Source: an uncultured Planctomycetota bacterium
GTDB taxonomy: Bacteria > Planctomycetota > Planctomycetia > Isosphaerales > Isosphaeraceae
Assembly: GCA_963737655.1 (NCBI GenBank)
Contig: CAVTTN010000002.1
Coordinates: forward strand, 7,232,001-7,296,000
Direction of reading: 5' to 3'
Length of the DNA: 64,000 nt
The position numbers were made by a program, and so were the translations under genes. Below, one piece after another: positions 18,901 through 29,338 of the stretch. The stretch's first letter is position 1; every line of letters begins with the position of its first letter. The notes below the pieces were generated by a model. The model had not been told where the DNA came from. It searched no databases and saw only the letters and a list, made by a program, of their open reading frames with translations.

Positions 18901-19012
18901 GGTTCGCTCCGCAAGGCTCCGCTTGGCTTGAGGGGTCGGTGGTCCGTCGGCTGAGCGGCTCGGCTGGTGTTCACGGACCACGGACGACTGGACACGTTTC
19001 CGGGCATTCGGA

Positions 19013-19573
19013 TCAGAACGGGATATCGTCGTCGCCTTCGGGATCGGGCTGGGGGGCGGGTCGACGAGGCGGAGGGGACGAGGGATTGCCGTAGGGTCGG
19101 CCCGAACCCGAACCGGCGCCATTGGAGCCGCCGCCCGAGCGGGGCTCGGGGCGTCGCGAGGGCGGCTGATCGCGGGCCGGCGGAGGGGCGAAGTCGTCGT
19201 CGTGAGGGGACATCCCGCCGCCCCCTCCGGGTTCGTCGCGACGGCTGGAGAGGAACTGGACCCGCTCGGCCTCCACCTTCAGCTTCGATCGCTTCTCGCC
19301 GGTGTTCTTGTCGTCCCAGCTATCCATCTTCAGGTAGCCTTCGATGTGCACCGGCTGCCCCTTCTTGAGGTACTGGCAACAGGTCTCGGCCTGGCGGTTC
19401 CAGACCGTCACATCGATGAAGGTGACTTCCTCGCGGCGTTCGCCTTCCTTGGTCGTGAAGGCTCGGTTGGTGGCCAGTCCCAGGTCGGTCACGGCGCTGC
19501 CGTTGGTCGTGTACCGCAGTTCGGGATCGCGGGTGAGGTTGCCGATCAAGAAGACCTTGTTGACGCTCGCCAT
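19013..19573 (-). CDS. ssb: Single-stranded DNA-binding protein
   Basis: NKVFLIGNLTRDPELRYT...DDDIPF. Confidence 0.97.
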   Translation of the reverse strand: MASVNKVFLIGNLTRDPELRYTTNGSAVTDLGLATNRAFTTKEGERREEVTFIDVTVWNRQAETCCQYLKKGQPVHIEGYLKMDSWDDKNTGEKRSKLKVEAERVQFLSSRRDEPGGGGGMSPHDDDFAPPPARDQPPSRRPEPRSGGGSNGAGSGSGRPYGNPSSPPPRRPAPQPDPEGDDDIPF

Positions 19574-19725
19574 CGCCAATCGCTCCCGGGGCCGTGGGCC
19601 CCTCGCGTCGCCCCGTCGCGGACGTAAACGGCTGTCCCCTAAGGGAAGCTACCACAACCCGAGGCTCGCGACAAGCGAAACGTCGGGCATGGTCTCCGGA
19701 GATCGACCGGAGGGGCGGTTCGCGA

Positions 19726-20136
19726 TCAGTCGTCGCGGCGGCGGCGACGGGGGCGGTCGTCCTGGTCTTCCTCGCGGCGTTCGCCGTCGCCTTCGTCGCC
19801 GGGCGTCGAGGTCATCGCCTGGTTGACCTGGAGGTCGGCGAGCTTGGGGTGGACCTTGAGGATCAGGTCGCGGAGGACCAGGTCGCTCAGCCGGCAATCG
19901 GCCTCGATCTCCTTGATGCTCTCGCCCGGGGCGCGGAAGAAGGTGAGCAGGTACGTGCCCTTCTTGTGCCCTTCGACGGGATAGGCGAGTCGGCGCTCGT
20001 CCCACTGGCGGCTGGCGACGATCTCGGCCTGGTGCTTGGCGAGGATGTCGTGGACGTGCTTGACCGACTCGTCCCAGTTGACGGCGACCTTCGCGCTATC
20101 CAGCAAGAACATCCCTTCATACGTATTGACGGGCAA
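19726..20136 (-). CDS. rpsF: 30S ribosomal protein bS6
   Basis: YEGMFLL, WDERRLAYPV...GTY, VLR. Confidence 0.95.
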   Translation of the reverse strand: MPVNTYEGMFLLDSAKVAVNWDESVKHVHDILAKHQAEIVASRQWDERRLAYPVEGHKKGTYLLTFFRAPGESIKEIEADCRLSDLVLRDLILKVHPKLADLQVNQAMTSTPGDEGDGERREEDQDDRPRRRRRDD

Positions 20137-20227
20137 GGCGGCCTCCGGGGTCTCTGGGCGTTCGGCGTTCAGCGATCAGACCGGGCGGGAATCCGGCAGG
20201 CCGAGGGCCCGCCCTAAAGAATCTTCT

Positions 20228-20797
20228 CTAACTCGGCCCGTTGAAACGATTCATGGCGGCTTCGACCCCCTGGGAGGCCCAGACGGCCACGGCCTGGGTC
20301 GCGGCGATCAGGGCGTCGTCGATCACCGGGCGTTCGGCCGATCGGAAGCGGGTCAGGACGAAGTCGGCGGCGTCGACCGGGCCCTTCTCGCCGATCCCCA
20401 CCCGGAGGCGGGGGAAGCCATCGGTCCCGAGCTGGGCGGCGATGTCTCGCAGTCCCTTCTGGCCTCCGTCGGACCCTCCGGCCCGGATTCGCAGCCTTCC
20501 CAGCGGCAGGTTCAAATCGTCGCAAACCACCAGCACGTCAGGCACTTCGATCTTGTAGAACTGGACCACCTGGCGGACGCTTCGGCCGCTCAGGTTCATG
20601 AACGTCTCGGGCTTCAGGAGCAGGACCCGGCGGAAATCGATCTCGGTCTCGGCCAGGAGGCCGTCGAACTTGCGGGAGAACGAGGCGCCCGGCCCTCCCC
20701 GGGCCAGGCGATCGACGACCTCGAAGCCGACGTTGTGTCGGGTGCCATCGTACTTCGAGCCGGGGTTCCCCAGGCCCACGAGGAGCTTCCTGGACAT
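20228..20797 (-). CDS. pth: Peptidyl-tRNA hydrolase
   Basis: LVGLGNPG, TRHNVGF, KPETFMNLSG, RLRVGIG. Confidence 0.97.
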   Translation of the reverse strand: MSRKLLVGLGNPGSKYDGTRHNVGFEVVDRLARGGPGASFSRKFDGLLAETEIDFRRVLLLKPETFMNLSGRSVRQVVQFYKIEVPDVLVVCDDLNLPLGRLRIRAGGSDGGQKGLRDIAAQLGTDGFPRLRVGIGEKGPVDAADFVLTRFRSAERPVIDDALIAATQAVAVWASQGVEAAMNRFNGPS

Positions 20798-20850
20798 GGG
20801 ATCGCGGGCCGTCTCGCGAGACCGAGGGTCCGGTCCGGGGCGGGACGACG

Positions 20851-21510
20851 TTACTTCGCCTCCTTGTCCTTCTCCTTGTCCTCGGCCTTCTTGCCGATGA
20901 CTTCGGGCTGGCTCGGCCCGGTCTCGGCCGGGGTCGGCTCGGCGGCGGCCTTGTGGGTGGTCACGTGGACGAGCGTGAGGTCCGGGTCGGCCTGGGCCGT
21001 CACGCCCTCGGGCAGCTTGAGGTCCCGGATGTGGATGGCCTTGTCCAGGTGAAGCCCGCTGACGTCGATCCGGATCGCGTCGGGGATCGCGGTGGCCCGG
21101 CAATTCACGGTGATCGCGTGGACCAGGAAGTCCAGCGTCCCGCCCTCGGCGAGCCCGGGGGCCTCGCCGTAGAGGACGAGGTTGACGTCGGTCTCGATCC
21201 GTTCGTCGGCCGAGACCCGGGCGAAGTCCAGGTGGAGGATCTCCTTGCCGAGGTGGTCCCACTGGACGTCCCGGACCAGGACCATCTCGGTCGCGTCGCC
21301 GATCTTGAGCGAGGCCACGTGGGTCGATTTCTTGATCATCTGCCAGACGTCGTCCCGGGCGATCGTGATCGGCTGGGGCGTCTGCTTGTGGCCGTAGATG
21401 ATCGCGGGGATCTTGCCCTGGGCCCGGAGCTTCCGGGAGACCCGCGACCCGGTCCCCTTGTTCTTGGCCGGGTCTCTCGCCTCGACCGCGATGGTGACGG
21501 CGTCCGCCAT
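20851..21510 (-). CDS. rplY: 50S ribosomal protein bL25 / Ctc
   Basis: RKLRAQGKIPAIIYG, VQWD...LHLDF, Ctc C-terminal domain. Confidence 0.95.
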   Translation of the reverse strand: MADAVTIAVEARDPAKNKGTGSRVSRKLRAQGKIPAIIYGHKQTPQPITIARDDVWQMIKKSTHVASLKIGDATEMVLVRDVQWDHLGKEILHLDFARVSADERIETDVNLVLYGEAPGLAEGGTLDFLVHAITVNCRATAIPDAIRIDVSGLHLDKAIHIRDLKLPEGVTAQADPDLTLVHVTTHKAAAEPTPAETGPSQPEVIGKKAEDKEKDKEAK

Positions 21511-21738
21511 GACAGAACTGACCTTTCGACGCGACAATCCGCAAAAAAACGAAGAATCGGCCCATCCGGGCCGCGCATCGGGTGATTATGCCGAGGAGGC
21601 AATCGGCACGCAAGGCCAGTCGCATTTTTTTCGAGGCCCGATTCGATCCCGCGAACCGAATCCGTCGCAATGTTCGGCCCGCTACCACGAATTCCATCGG
21701 GGAGACGGCCCTGGAGGCTCACCCATTCGAGGCCGGAC

Positions 21739-22368
21739 ATGAGCGAGACGACCGTCGAGGGGAGGAAGGTGCGGTTCGGGCTCCGGGGGCTGATCGTCGC
21801 GGTCCTGGCCGTGGGCGTGACCCTGGGTTGCCTGGCGAGGTGGCATCGCCAGGCCGGCGACCGGGCGGCGATCGTCGCCGAGCTGCAAAAGCTCGGGGTC
21901 CGCCCTCTCCTGGAGGAGCCGACCGGGCTGGGATTCTGGATCAAGAAGCGGATCCCGGGTCGCGAGCCGTGGATTCGCGACCACCTCGGCCCGGGTTGGC
22001 TCGCGGTGCCCACGGTCTTCGTCTGTTCGGGGCTCGACGATGGACGCGCGCCGATCGCCATGGAGGGCTTGAGGAGGCTCGGGACGGTCCGAGAGATTCA
22101 TTTCGAAGGGGCCGGACTCACGAGCGAGGGCGTCGATCGGCTCCGCGCCGGACTGCCCGGGGTCGGCGTGGTCCCGAGATCGAACCCGAGCGAACAACCG
22201 TACTTGCGGAGCAAGACGACCGGCGAACAGTTCGCCCTGGACGGCCTCTTGTTTGAGATCGGCCTGCTTGCGGCGTTGCTGGCCCTGGGTTCGGTAGTCC
22301 TCTGGCCGTTCGTCTCGTATGTTCGTCGGAAGCGACGGGCCGCCGTTCACGCGATCGTGGCCAATTGA
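21739..22368 (+). CDS. Hypothetical membrane protein
   Basis: N-terminal RFGLRGLIVAV TM and a C-terminal TM; one LRR-like segment (GLTSEGVDRLRAGLP). Confidence 0.65.
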   Translation: MSETTVEGRKVRFGLRGLIVAVLAVGVTLGCLARWHRQAGDRAAIVAELQKLGVRPLLEEPTGLGFWIKKRIPGREPWIRDHLGPGWLAVPTVFVCSGLDDGRAPIAMEGLRRLGTVREIHFEGAGLTSEGVDRLRAGLPGVGVVPRSNPSEQPYLRSKTTGEQFALDGLLFEIGLLAALLALGSVVLWPFVSYVRRKRRAAVHAIVAN

Positions 22369-23246
22369 CGCCAGCCGCCGGGAGGGGCGAGGTGGCCATT
22401 GCGGGCCGGGTCCAGCGCGGCCCGGGCGATCTGGACGCTTTCGAGGAGCCTCGGCCCGGGCCGCGAGAAATAGGCCGAGCCGTCCACCAGCGAGACCCGG
22501 CCTTCCCGGACGGCCCGCAACCCTCGCCATTCGGGCCGGGATACCAGCGCCGATAACTCCTGATCCGAACGTTCGAGCGAAAAGCCGCACGGGCTGAGGA
22601 GGAGGACGTCGGGGTCGGCGGCGGAAACCTCGTCCCAGGCGATCCGCCGGGACGGCTCGCCCGCCTTGCCGAGGACTTCCACGCCCCCGGCCATCGCCAG
22701 GAGGTCGGGGATCCAGTGACCGGCGGCGAACGGCGGGTCGAACCATTCGAGGAGGGCCACCCGGACGGCCGATCCGGGCGACCGGACGCCCTCTCCGGCT
22801 TCCTCGACCCGCCGGGCGAGCGCCTCTCCGGCGTTTCGATCGCCGAGGAGCTCGCCGATCCGGCCAAACATGGCCGAGACGCCGGGCCAGTCGGTCGGGT
22901 TGACGCTTTCGACGACCGGGGAGTTCGGCAGGGCCAGGGCGGATCGCCGGACGGCCCCCTCGTTCACGGCGCAGACGTCGCACTGGCTCTGGGTGAGGAC
23001 CAGATCGGGCCGAAGCGAGGCGAGGAGGTCGGCGTCGAGGTCGTAGAGCAATCCGCCCTGCTCGGCCACGAGGTTGTCAATCTCGGCGCTGGTGGCGGTC
23101 TGGGGGATTCGGCTCCGGGTCAGGTGGGGGAGCGTCTCGACGCCCGGAGGGAAGTCGCACTCGTGGGTCACGCCGACGAGTTCGGCCCGATGTCCCAGGG
23201 CACAAACCAGTTCGGTCAAGGATGGCAAGAGGCTGACGATCCTCAT
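22347..23246 (-). CDS. Cobalamin/iron-chelate-binding protein (BtuF-like)
   Basis: MRIVSLLPSLTE, GVTHECDFP, QCDVCAV, LEWFDPPFAAGHW, YFSRPGPRL. Confidence 0.9.
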   Translation of the reverse strand: MRIVSLLPSLTELVCALGHRAELVGVTHECDFPPGVETLPHLTRSRIPQTATSAEIDNLVAEQGGLLYDLDADLLASLRPDLVLTQSQCDVCAVNEGAVRRSALALPNSPVVESVNPTDWPGVSAMFGRIGELLGDRNAGEALARRVEEAGEGVRSPGSAVRVALLEWFDPPFAAGHWIPDLLAMAGGVEVLGKAGEPSRRIAWDEVSAADPDVLLLSPCGFSLERSDQELSALVSRPEWRGLRAVREGRVSLVDGSAYFSRPGPRLLESVQIARAALDPARNGHLAPPGGWRQLATIA

Positions 23247-23828
23247 GGGGTGGCCTCGGGGAAGATCGTCGAGATGGGGAAGGAAATCTTTGGCAAGGCG
23301 AGCGGCCGGATCGATTCGCCGGGTCCGAAGACCGTTCGCGAGGCGTAGCCGCCGGGCCCGGGGTCGCGGTGGGCCTCGAAGCGACGGCCGGGGATGTTGG
23401 CGATCCAGGATTCCGGGACGCCCGCCGTGCCATACATCAGGAGCTTGGCGTTGCGGTCCTTCGACAGGGTGGAGTCGGAGATCTCGATGACGAGGACTTC
23501 GGACGCATCGGGCCAACGTTTCGAGTAGTCTCGATCCTTCAACCACAGGGCAGCGGGCAAGGGGAGGCTCTGGACGTTTGACAGATCAACCCCGCCCTTG
23601 ATCCGAATCCGGACCTGATCGGCGGGGACGTTCCGATGGCTCCACTCGGCCAGGAGATCGGAGGCGAATTCGCGGAAGGGCGACTCCACCGGCATCTCGA
23701 CGATCTCCCCCAGGATCAGCTCGAATCGCCTGGGGTCGCCGTCGGCGAAGAGCTCGCCCCGGGCGATCATGGCCTCGTATTCGTCGAAGGTGGCGCGGAC
23801 GGTCGTGCGGATGTCGGGGCTCCTTCAT
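23243..23828 (-). CDS. Uma2 family endonuclease (probable frameshift near the start)
   Basis: TFDEYEAM, FELILGEIVEM, VIEISDSTLSKDRNAKLLMY...WIAN. Confidence 0.85.
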
Positions 23829-23934
23829 TCCGTAGGCCCGACTGAAGTCGGACCTACTCATCCCATCTCTCCCTGTGGGAGAGCTTTCCGAATCGCCTCT
23901 CGGCGCTCGATCCGGACGAAAACCGCAGGGGCGA

Positions 23935-25173
23935 TCAGCCCGGCCGGGTGATCTCGGTGGTGGGGCCGACCGAGACGATCGTCATCGGCACGAGCGGCCA
24001 TTGTTCGAGGACCCGGCGGAGGTCGGTGAGGGTCACGGCGGAGTAGGCCTCGACCTCGTTTTCGACGGGCAGGTGCTCGCGGCGGTAGGCCCAGTGGAAG
24101 CCCAGGGACATCAGCCGGCCCATCGGCCGTTCGCTCCTCAGGACGGTCCGGGCCATGACCTTGTTGCGGGCCTGGGTGAGCTCCTCGTCGGTCAGTCCCT
24201 CGGCCATCACGGATCGGTAGAGGTCGGTGATCCGTCGGAGGTTGGCCTGGGCCTCGTCGGGGTCGCAGCTCAGGAAGGTGTAGAAGGCGCCCCCGCCGTT
24301 GTAGTCCTGGTACGAGACCTCCACGCCGTCGGCCAGGCCCGGGTCGATCAGGGCCCAGTAGAGGCGGGAGCCGGTGTGGTCGCCGAGGATGGCGGCGAGG
24401 ATCTGGGCGGCGAAGCGGTCGGGGCTCTCGAGCGAGGGGCCGTCGGCGACGCCCAGGACGGTCTGCTGATTGTCCTCGGCCCGGAGCAGGGCCTGGAACT
24501 CGGACTGGCCCTTGGGCCGGACGACCTGGCGGTCGGTCATCGGGCCCATCCACGAGCCGCAGCGACTGGCGGCCACGTCCAGGAGCCTCGCCCAGTCCCC
24601 CCGGCCGGCGAAGGCCAGGACGATGTTCGCCGGGCTGTACTTGGCCTCGAAATACGCCTTCATCTGGGCCGAGCTCATGGCCGTGATCGACTCGACGCTG
24701 CCGAGGATGCTCCGGCCCAGGGGGTGGGGGCCGAAGTGGGCCGCCTTGGCCGCCTCGTAGGCCACGCTCATCGGGTTGTCGAGATACATGCGGATTTCTT
24801 CGATGATGACTTTCTTCTCGGTCTCGAAGTCGTCCTCGCGGAGGCTGGGGCGGAGGATGTCGGCGAGGACCTCGAACGCCTTGTCGTGGTACTCGGGCAG
24901 GCAGGTGGCGTAATAGACCGTGTCCTCCTCGGAGGTCTGCGCGTTGTGCTTGGCGCCCACGCGGTCGAAGTCGCGATTGACGGCCAGGGCGTCGCGCCGG
25001 GGGGTGCCCTTGAAGACCATGTGTTCGAGGAAGTGCGAGAGGCCGGCGATCTCATCCGTCTCGTCGCGGCTGCCGGCCTTGACGAAGAAGCCCGAGGAGA
25101 TCGAATGGGCCGAGTCGTTCAGCTCGGCGATGACCTGGAGGCCGTTGGGAAGGGTCGCGTGATGGAAGGGCAT
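23935..25173 (-). CDS. M16 family zinc peptidase, catalytic subunit
   Basis: HFLEH (HXXEH), NAQTS, EKKVIIEE. Confidence 0.95.
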   Translation of the reverse strand: MPFHHATLPNGLQVIAELNDSAHSISSGFFVKAGSRDETDEIAGLSHFLEHMVFKGTPRRDALAVNRDFDRVGAKHNAQTSEEDTVYYATCLPEYHDKAFEVLADILRPSLREDDFETEKKVIIEEIRMYLDNPMSVAYEAAKAAHFGPHPLGRSILGSVESITAMSSAQMKAYFEAKYSPANIVLAFAGRGDWARLLDVAASRCGSWMGPMTDRQVVRPKGQSEFQALLRAEDNQQTVLGVADGPSLESPDRFAAQILAAILGDHTGSRLYWALIDPGLADGVEVSYQDYNGGGAFYTFLSCDPDEAQANLRRITDLYRSVMAEGLTDEELTQARNKVMARTVLRSERPMGRLMSLGFHWAYRREHLPVENEVEAYSAVTLTDLRRVLEQWPLVPMTIVSVGPTTEITRPG

Positions 25174-25331
25174 CGGGGTTCCCTGGGGGGCGAGAGGCAC
25201 CAATTCAATTCGGGTCGGCGGCGGAGGGTCCCTCCGGGCGCCCGTTTCGTTGCTCTGATGATACCTGATGACCGGGCGGAGGTCGCGAGGGCCGCGAAAC
25301 CTCGAAGATCCTGCATTTCACGCACCCCGGG

Positions 25332-26120
25332 TCAGAAGTCCCGGACCCTCACCGGGACGATGCCCGATCGGCCCGCCACGTACTTCAGGAGGTCGGGGTC
25401 ATCCGGCCTGGGGTTGAGGAAGAAGTTGTGGGACGTCCATTCGGAGCCGTCGCGGAAGGTGATCTTGAAGCGTTTGTCGGGGAGTTGATCGTTGTGGACC
25501 CATCGGAAACCATCGACGTATTCGAGTTTTACGACATCCGAATACGGACGTTCCTGGGCCCGGTCGATCAGGAGCCCTCGGTGGACGATGCGATCGGGGG
25601 TGAAGGCGGTCAGGCGGCCGAGGAAGGCCATGTCGAAATCGAGGCAGAGCGGGACGATCCAGACGAACATCAGGTAGAACTGCGTCCGGGCATCCATCTT
25701 GTAATGGGCATCGCCGACCGCCATGACCTCGCGAAAACGGCGGCCGAACCAGAGCCAGGTCAGGCCGATCATGACCGGCCCGGTCAGGGTGATCCCGGCG
25801 AATGTGGCGGGGATCATGTGGACCACCCGCGTCGGCCGGCGGACGAACACCGCGCCGGGGATGGCTGGCAAGGTGGCGTCCTGGAGCCAGAAGAACAGGA
25901 GGAACCACGCCGCGGTCAGGACCGGCCAGAGCGCGATCCCGACGAGCGTCCCCACCACGTTCACCCGCTTCGCCAGCCTCCGCCGGGTCTCGGCATCGAG
26001 GTGGGAGAGATCGACGTGGGGGCGGGGCGGCCAGCGCTTTTCCAGCCATTTGAAGAAGACGTGGAGCAGGAGGATCTGGGAGAACGTCCAGACGATCCCC
26101 TCGGCCAGCTCGCGAGTCAC
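25332..26120 (-). CDS. Hypothetical membrane protein
   Basis: GTG start overlapping the Uma2 stop; about 4 TM helices plus a soluble C-terminal domain. Confidence 0.7.
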   Translation of the reverse strand: MTRELAEGIVWTFSQILLLHVFFKWLEKRWPPRPHVDLSHLDAETRRRLAKRVNVVGTLVGIALWPVLTAAWFLLFFWLQDATLPAIPGAVFVRRPTRVVHMIPATFAGITLTGPVMIGLTWLWFGRRFREVMAVGDAHYKMDARTQFYLMFVWIVPLCLDFDMAFLGRLTAFTPDRIVHRGLLIDRAQERPYSDVVKLEYVDGFRWVHNDQLPDKRFKITFRDGSEWTSHNFFLNPRPDDPDLLKYVAGRSGIVPVRVRDF

Positions 26121-26728
26121 GGGAGCAGGTCCCGGACGGCCAATCGGGCGATTTCCCGGCCTTCGAGGACCACGGGGAGCTGGTCGTCGGGGCCGAAGTG
26201 CTGGACGGAGCGATAGTGGGGCGTCTCCGAGGGCCCGGACGGGTCGCTGTAGACCTCGGCCCGCCCCTCGACGAGATTCGCGATCCAGTAGCAGACGATC
26301 GAGGCCCTCGCGTAAGCGCGGAGCTTGATCCCCCGGTCCCGATTGAGGCTGGAGACCGAGACCTCGACCATCAGGGCGACGTCCGAGGGATCGGGCAGGC
26401 GACCTCGATACTCGTCGTCTGTGCCTCGGAGGACCATGCAATCCGGCTCGGGCACGCTGTCGATCGTCCGGATGGGATCCTCTCGGGTCACGTGCCAGCC
26501 TTCCGGCAACGCGCCCGCGAGTGCCCAGAAGAACCGCTTCGTGGAGAAGATGCGGGGGGCGTTCTTGGACATCTTGGCAAGAAGCACTCCTTCGATGAGT
26601 TCCACCGGCACATCGTCGGCAATCACCCCGGTCCGAATCGCTTCGAGATAGCTCTCGACCGAGAGGCGATCGAAGGGGCCTTCGATCGAAGGGGCTTCGA
26701 GGATCGGCTCGCTGAGACCCATCGACAT
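26117..26728 (-). CDS. Uma2 family endonuclease
   Basis: VELIEG, PEPDC, VEVSVSSLNRDRGIKLRAYA...YWIAN. Confidence 0.9.
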   Translation of the reverse strand: MSMGLSEPILEAPSIEGPFDRLSVESYLEAIRTGVIADDVPVELIEGVLLAKMSKNAPRIFSTKRFFWALAGALPEGWHVTREDPIRTIDSVPEPDCMVLRGTDDEYRGRLPDPSDVALMVEVSVSSLNRDRGIKLRAYARASIVCYWIANLVEGRAEVYSDPSGPSETPHYRSVQHFGPDDQLPVVLEGREIARLAVRDLLP

Positions 26729-26756
26729 GGCAGGTTCCTCGTCAACGGCGAGCGAG

Positions 26757-27998
26757 TCACTCGGGGACGTCCAGCGCCTTGGGCCCGAGCGTGAGGATGG
26801 TCATGGCGTCGAGCGGCTGCCTCGCGGCGAATTCGGAGACGACCTGGGGCGTCAGGGCGTCGAGCTCGGCGGTGATCTCTTCGAGGGGGCGGACCCGGCC
26901 GAGGTAGTACCAGTCCCCGGCGAGCGAGGCGGACCGGCCCATCGTCGATTCTTGCTGCATAATCAGGCCGCTCTTGAGGCCCGCTCGCATCATGTCGAGC
27001 TCCTCGGCCTCGACGCCCTCGCGGGCCAGGCGGTGGACCTCGGCGAGCGTCACGTCGAGCGTTTCCTGGGCGCGGTCGGCGGAGGTCCCGGCGTAGCAGA
27101 CCACGGCCGCGCGGTCCTTGAACCCTTCGTAACTGCCGTAGACCGAGTAGCACAGCCCTCGCTTCTCCCGGACCTCGGTGAAGAGGCGGGCCGAGGCGTA
27201 GCCGCCGAGGATGGCCGAGGCGGCGCGGGCCGGGTAATAGTCGGGGCTTTCGATCGTGGCGGTGGGGTAGGCCAGGGCGATCTGGATCTGCTGGGTGTCC
27301 TTGAGGATGTGATCGCGGCGAGGGCCGCCCGGCCGGAGCTGGACGGTCGGCTCGGGCCGGGGGGACCAGTCGCCGAAGAGGCGGCCGATGGAGTCTCGTA
27401 GCGAGGGGAAGTCGATCGCTCCGGCCACGGCCAGGATCGACCCGTTGGGCCGATAGGCCGAGTCGAAGAACTCGCGGAGGACCTCGGGACTGGCGGCCTC
27501 GACCCCTTCGGGCGAGCCCATCGAGGGGCGGCCCCACGGGTCGGGGAAGTGGCGGCGGCGGAGTTCGACGATCACCTTGCTGCCGGGGTCATCCTCGAGG
27601 CTCTGCAACGCCTGGGCGGCCAGGGCCCGGATCGGCTCGACGTCCTCGTCGTCGAGATGGGGCCTCAGCACGATGTCGGCGAAGACTTCCAGGGCCGGGA
27701 CGAGGTTGCGCCCGAGCGTCGCCGCCGAGAGGCTGGTGTGGACCGCCTGGGCCGATTCGCCGTGGGTCACGCCGAGGTTGTCCAGGGCGGTCAGGAGGTT
27801 GCGGCTGTCCCTGGCTCCGGCCCCCCGGGTGATCCACTCGGAGACCATCGTGGCCGTCCCCCCCAGGCCCTCGGGCTCGAAGGCCGAGCCCGCCGGCAGG
27901 AGGAACGAGAACGCGGCCGACTGCACGCCGGGCATCGACTCGGCGACCAGGACCAGGCCATTGGCGTAGACGTGATGGGCGATCGACGATTCGGACAC
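26757..27998 (-). CDS. M16 family peptidase, non-catalytic subunit
   Basis: M16 fold motifs (NGL, RLFTEVREKRGLCY) but no HXXEH. Confidence 0.9.
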   Translation of the reverse strand: MSESSIAHHVYANGLVLVAESMPGVQSAAFSFLLPAGSAFEPEGLGGTATMVSEWITRGAGARDSRNLLTALDNLGVTHGESAQAVHTSLSAATLGRNLVPALEVFADIVLRPHLDDEDVEPIRALAAQALQSLEDDPGSKVIVELRRRHFPDPWGRPSMGSPEGVEAASPEVLREFFDSAYRPNGSILAVAGAIDFPSLRDSIGRLFGDWSPRPEPTVQLRPGGPRRDHILKDTQQIQIALAYPTATIESPDYYPARAASAILGGYASARLFTEVREKRGLCYSVYGSYEGFKDRAAVVCYAGTSADRAQETLDVTLAEVHRLAREGVEAEELDMMRAGLKSGLIMQQESTMGRSASLAGDWYYLGRVRPLEEITAELDALTPQVVSEFAARQPLDAMTILTLGPKALDVPE

Positions 27999-28140
27999 GG
28001 CGGCCTCGACGGCAGGGGGGTGACTCGCGGCAATCCGGGGAATTCTACCGGAGGACCGGGCGAAATGCTCGGCTGGATCGACGCTCGGCTCTCGTCTCAG
28101 CGAGGGAAGGCTCTCGGTTCACCGCGCCATCTGGCCAGAA

Positions 28141-28672
28141 CTACCCATCCACGGCCTTGTAAAGCGTCTTGGCGCGACGGAAGCCGGCTTCGCGGTAGAG
28201 ACGGACGGCCCCGGCGTTCTCGGCGGTGACTTCGAGGTAGGCGCGGATCACGCCGGCGCCTCGGAACCCGGCCAGGGCCTGGCGGACCAGGGCGCGGCCC
28301 AGGCCGAGCCCCTCGGTAGCACGGGACCACGCCGAGGTTCTGGATCGCGCCGATCGGCCCGCGGTCGATGACCCCTTGCACCGTACCGACATACCCTTCC
28401 TCGCTGGCGATCAGCCAGGTGGAACCGGGGTGGAAGCCGGGCTTGCGGCGGATCTCCCTCATGAGCCTCTGGCAGCCGAAGCGGTCCCCCAGGCAGGGGA
28501 AGACCTGGGCATCGATCTCCTCGCGGAAGGCGAGGAACTTGACCTCCGCGTGGCGGTCAATGAGCGATTCCTGCCAGGGGACCCAGCAGAATTCCGAGGG
28601 CAATTGCGGAGGAGGGATGGACCGGTCGAGGTCCACCTCCATCCGGAAGCGCTTGTAATACGTGATCGCCAT
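28141..28672 (-). CDS. GNAT family N-acetyltransferase (frameshift near 28310)
   Basis: IQNLGVVPCYRG/LGLGRALV...LEVTAENAGAVRLYREAGF. Confidence 0.85.
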
Positions 28673-29338
28673 CGGGCTGGGGACGGTCCGGGCCGTCGGG
28701 AGCGGGAGCCGCCCGATTCTAATGGCCGCGCCTCGCCAGGGTCAACGCCCGGACCGGCGGAACCGGGCCGTTTCCGCGTCGGGACACTCAAAGGTTGCCG
28801 GGATGTTGGGTGGCCCAGCTTCCCGCTTCGGAACCGGCGCGCCCTCCCGAAGGGGTTTCCGAAGACACGACCCGGGCCCTCCCAAAACCCGTCGAAGGAC
28901 CGCCTGCTCGAGACCAAAATGGCCCCGCTGGCGGAACCCGGATCGATCCCGGCGTCGGGCCGGTTCGGGGCCTTCCCGAGGGTCCGATGGCGGATCAGAC
29001 ACCTGGTTTGCCCGTCGGACGCGGCCTCTCGCGTGAACGTTCGTGAGTTCCGAACCGGGTCATCCCCGCTTGCCCGAGCGGCAAACTCCCGGGGTTTTTC
29101 GAGGACGAACGAATTTCTACGGGGCAATCGGAGACTTTGTGACGGAAATCTCCGAAAAAAGTCTCGTCTACCTCCCGTTTGACGCTTATTCTACAGAAGG
29201 GGTGGTCCATTCGCAGAGACATTGATGCCTGATTGCTTGAAGACAACGGTGGCTGCCCTCTCCGGGCGCCGGCGAAGTCTCCCGTCCGGAGGCCCGTCGG
29301 CGCGTTTCGCGATTTTCGTCAGTCAGAAGGAGAAGCCG

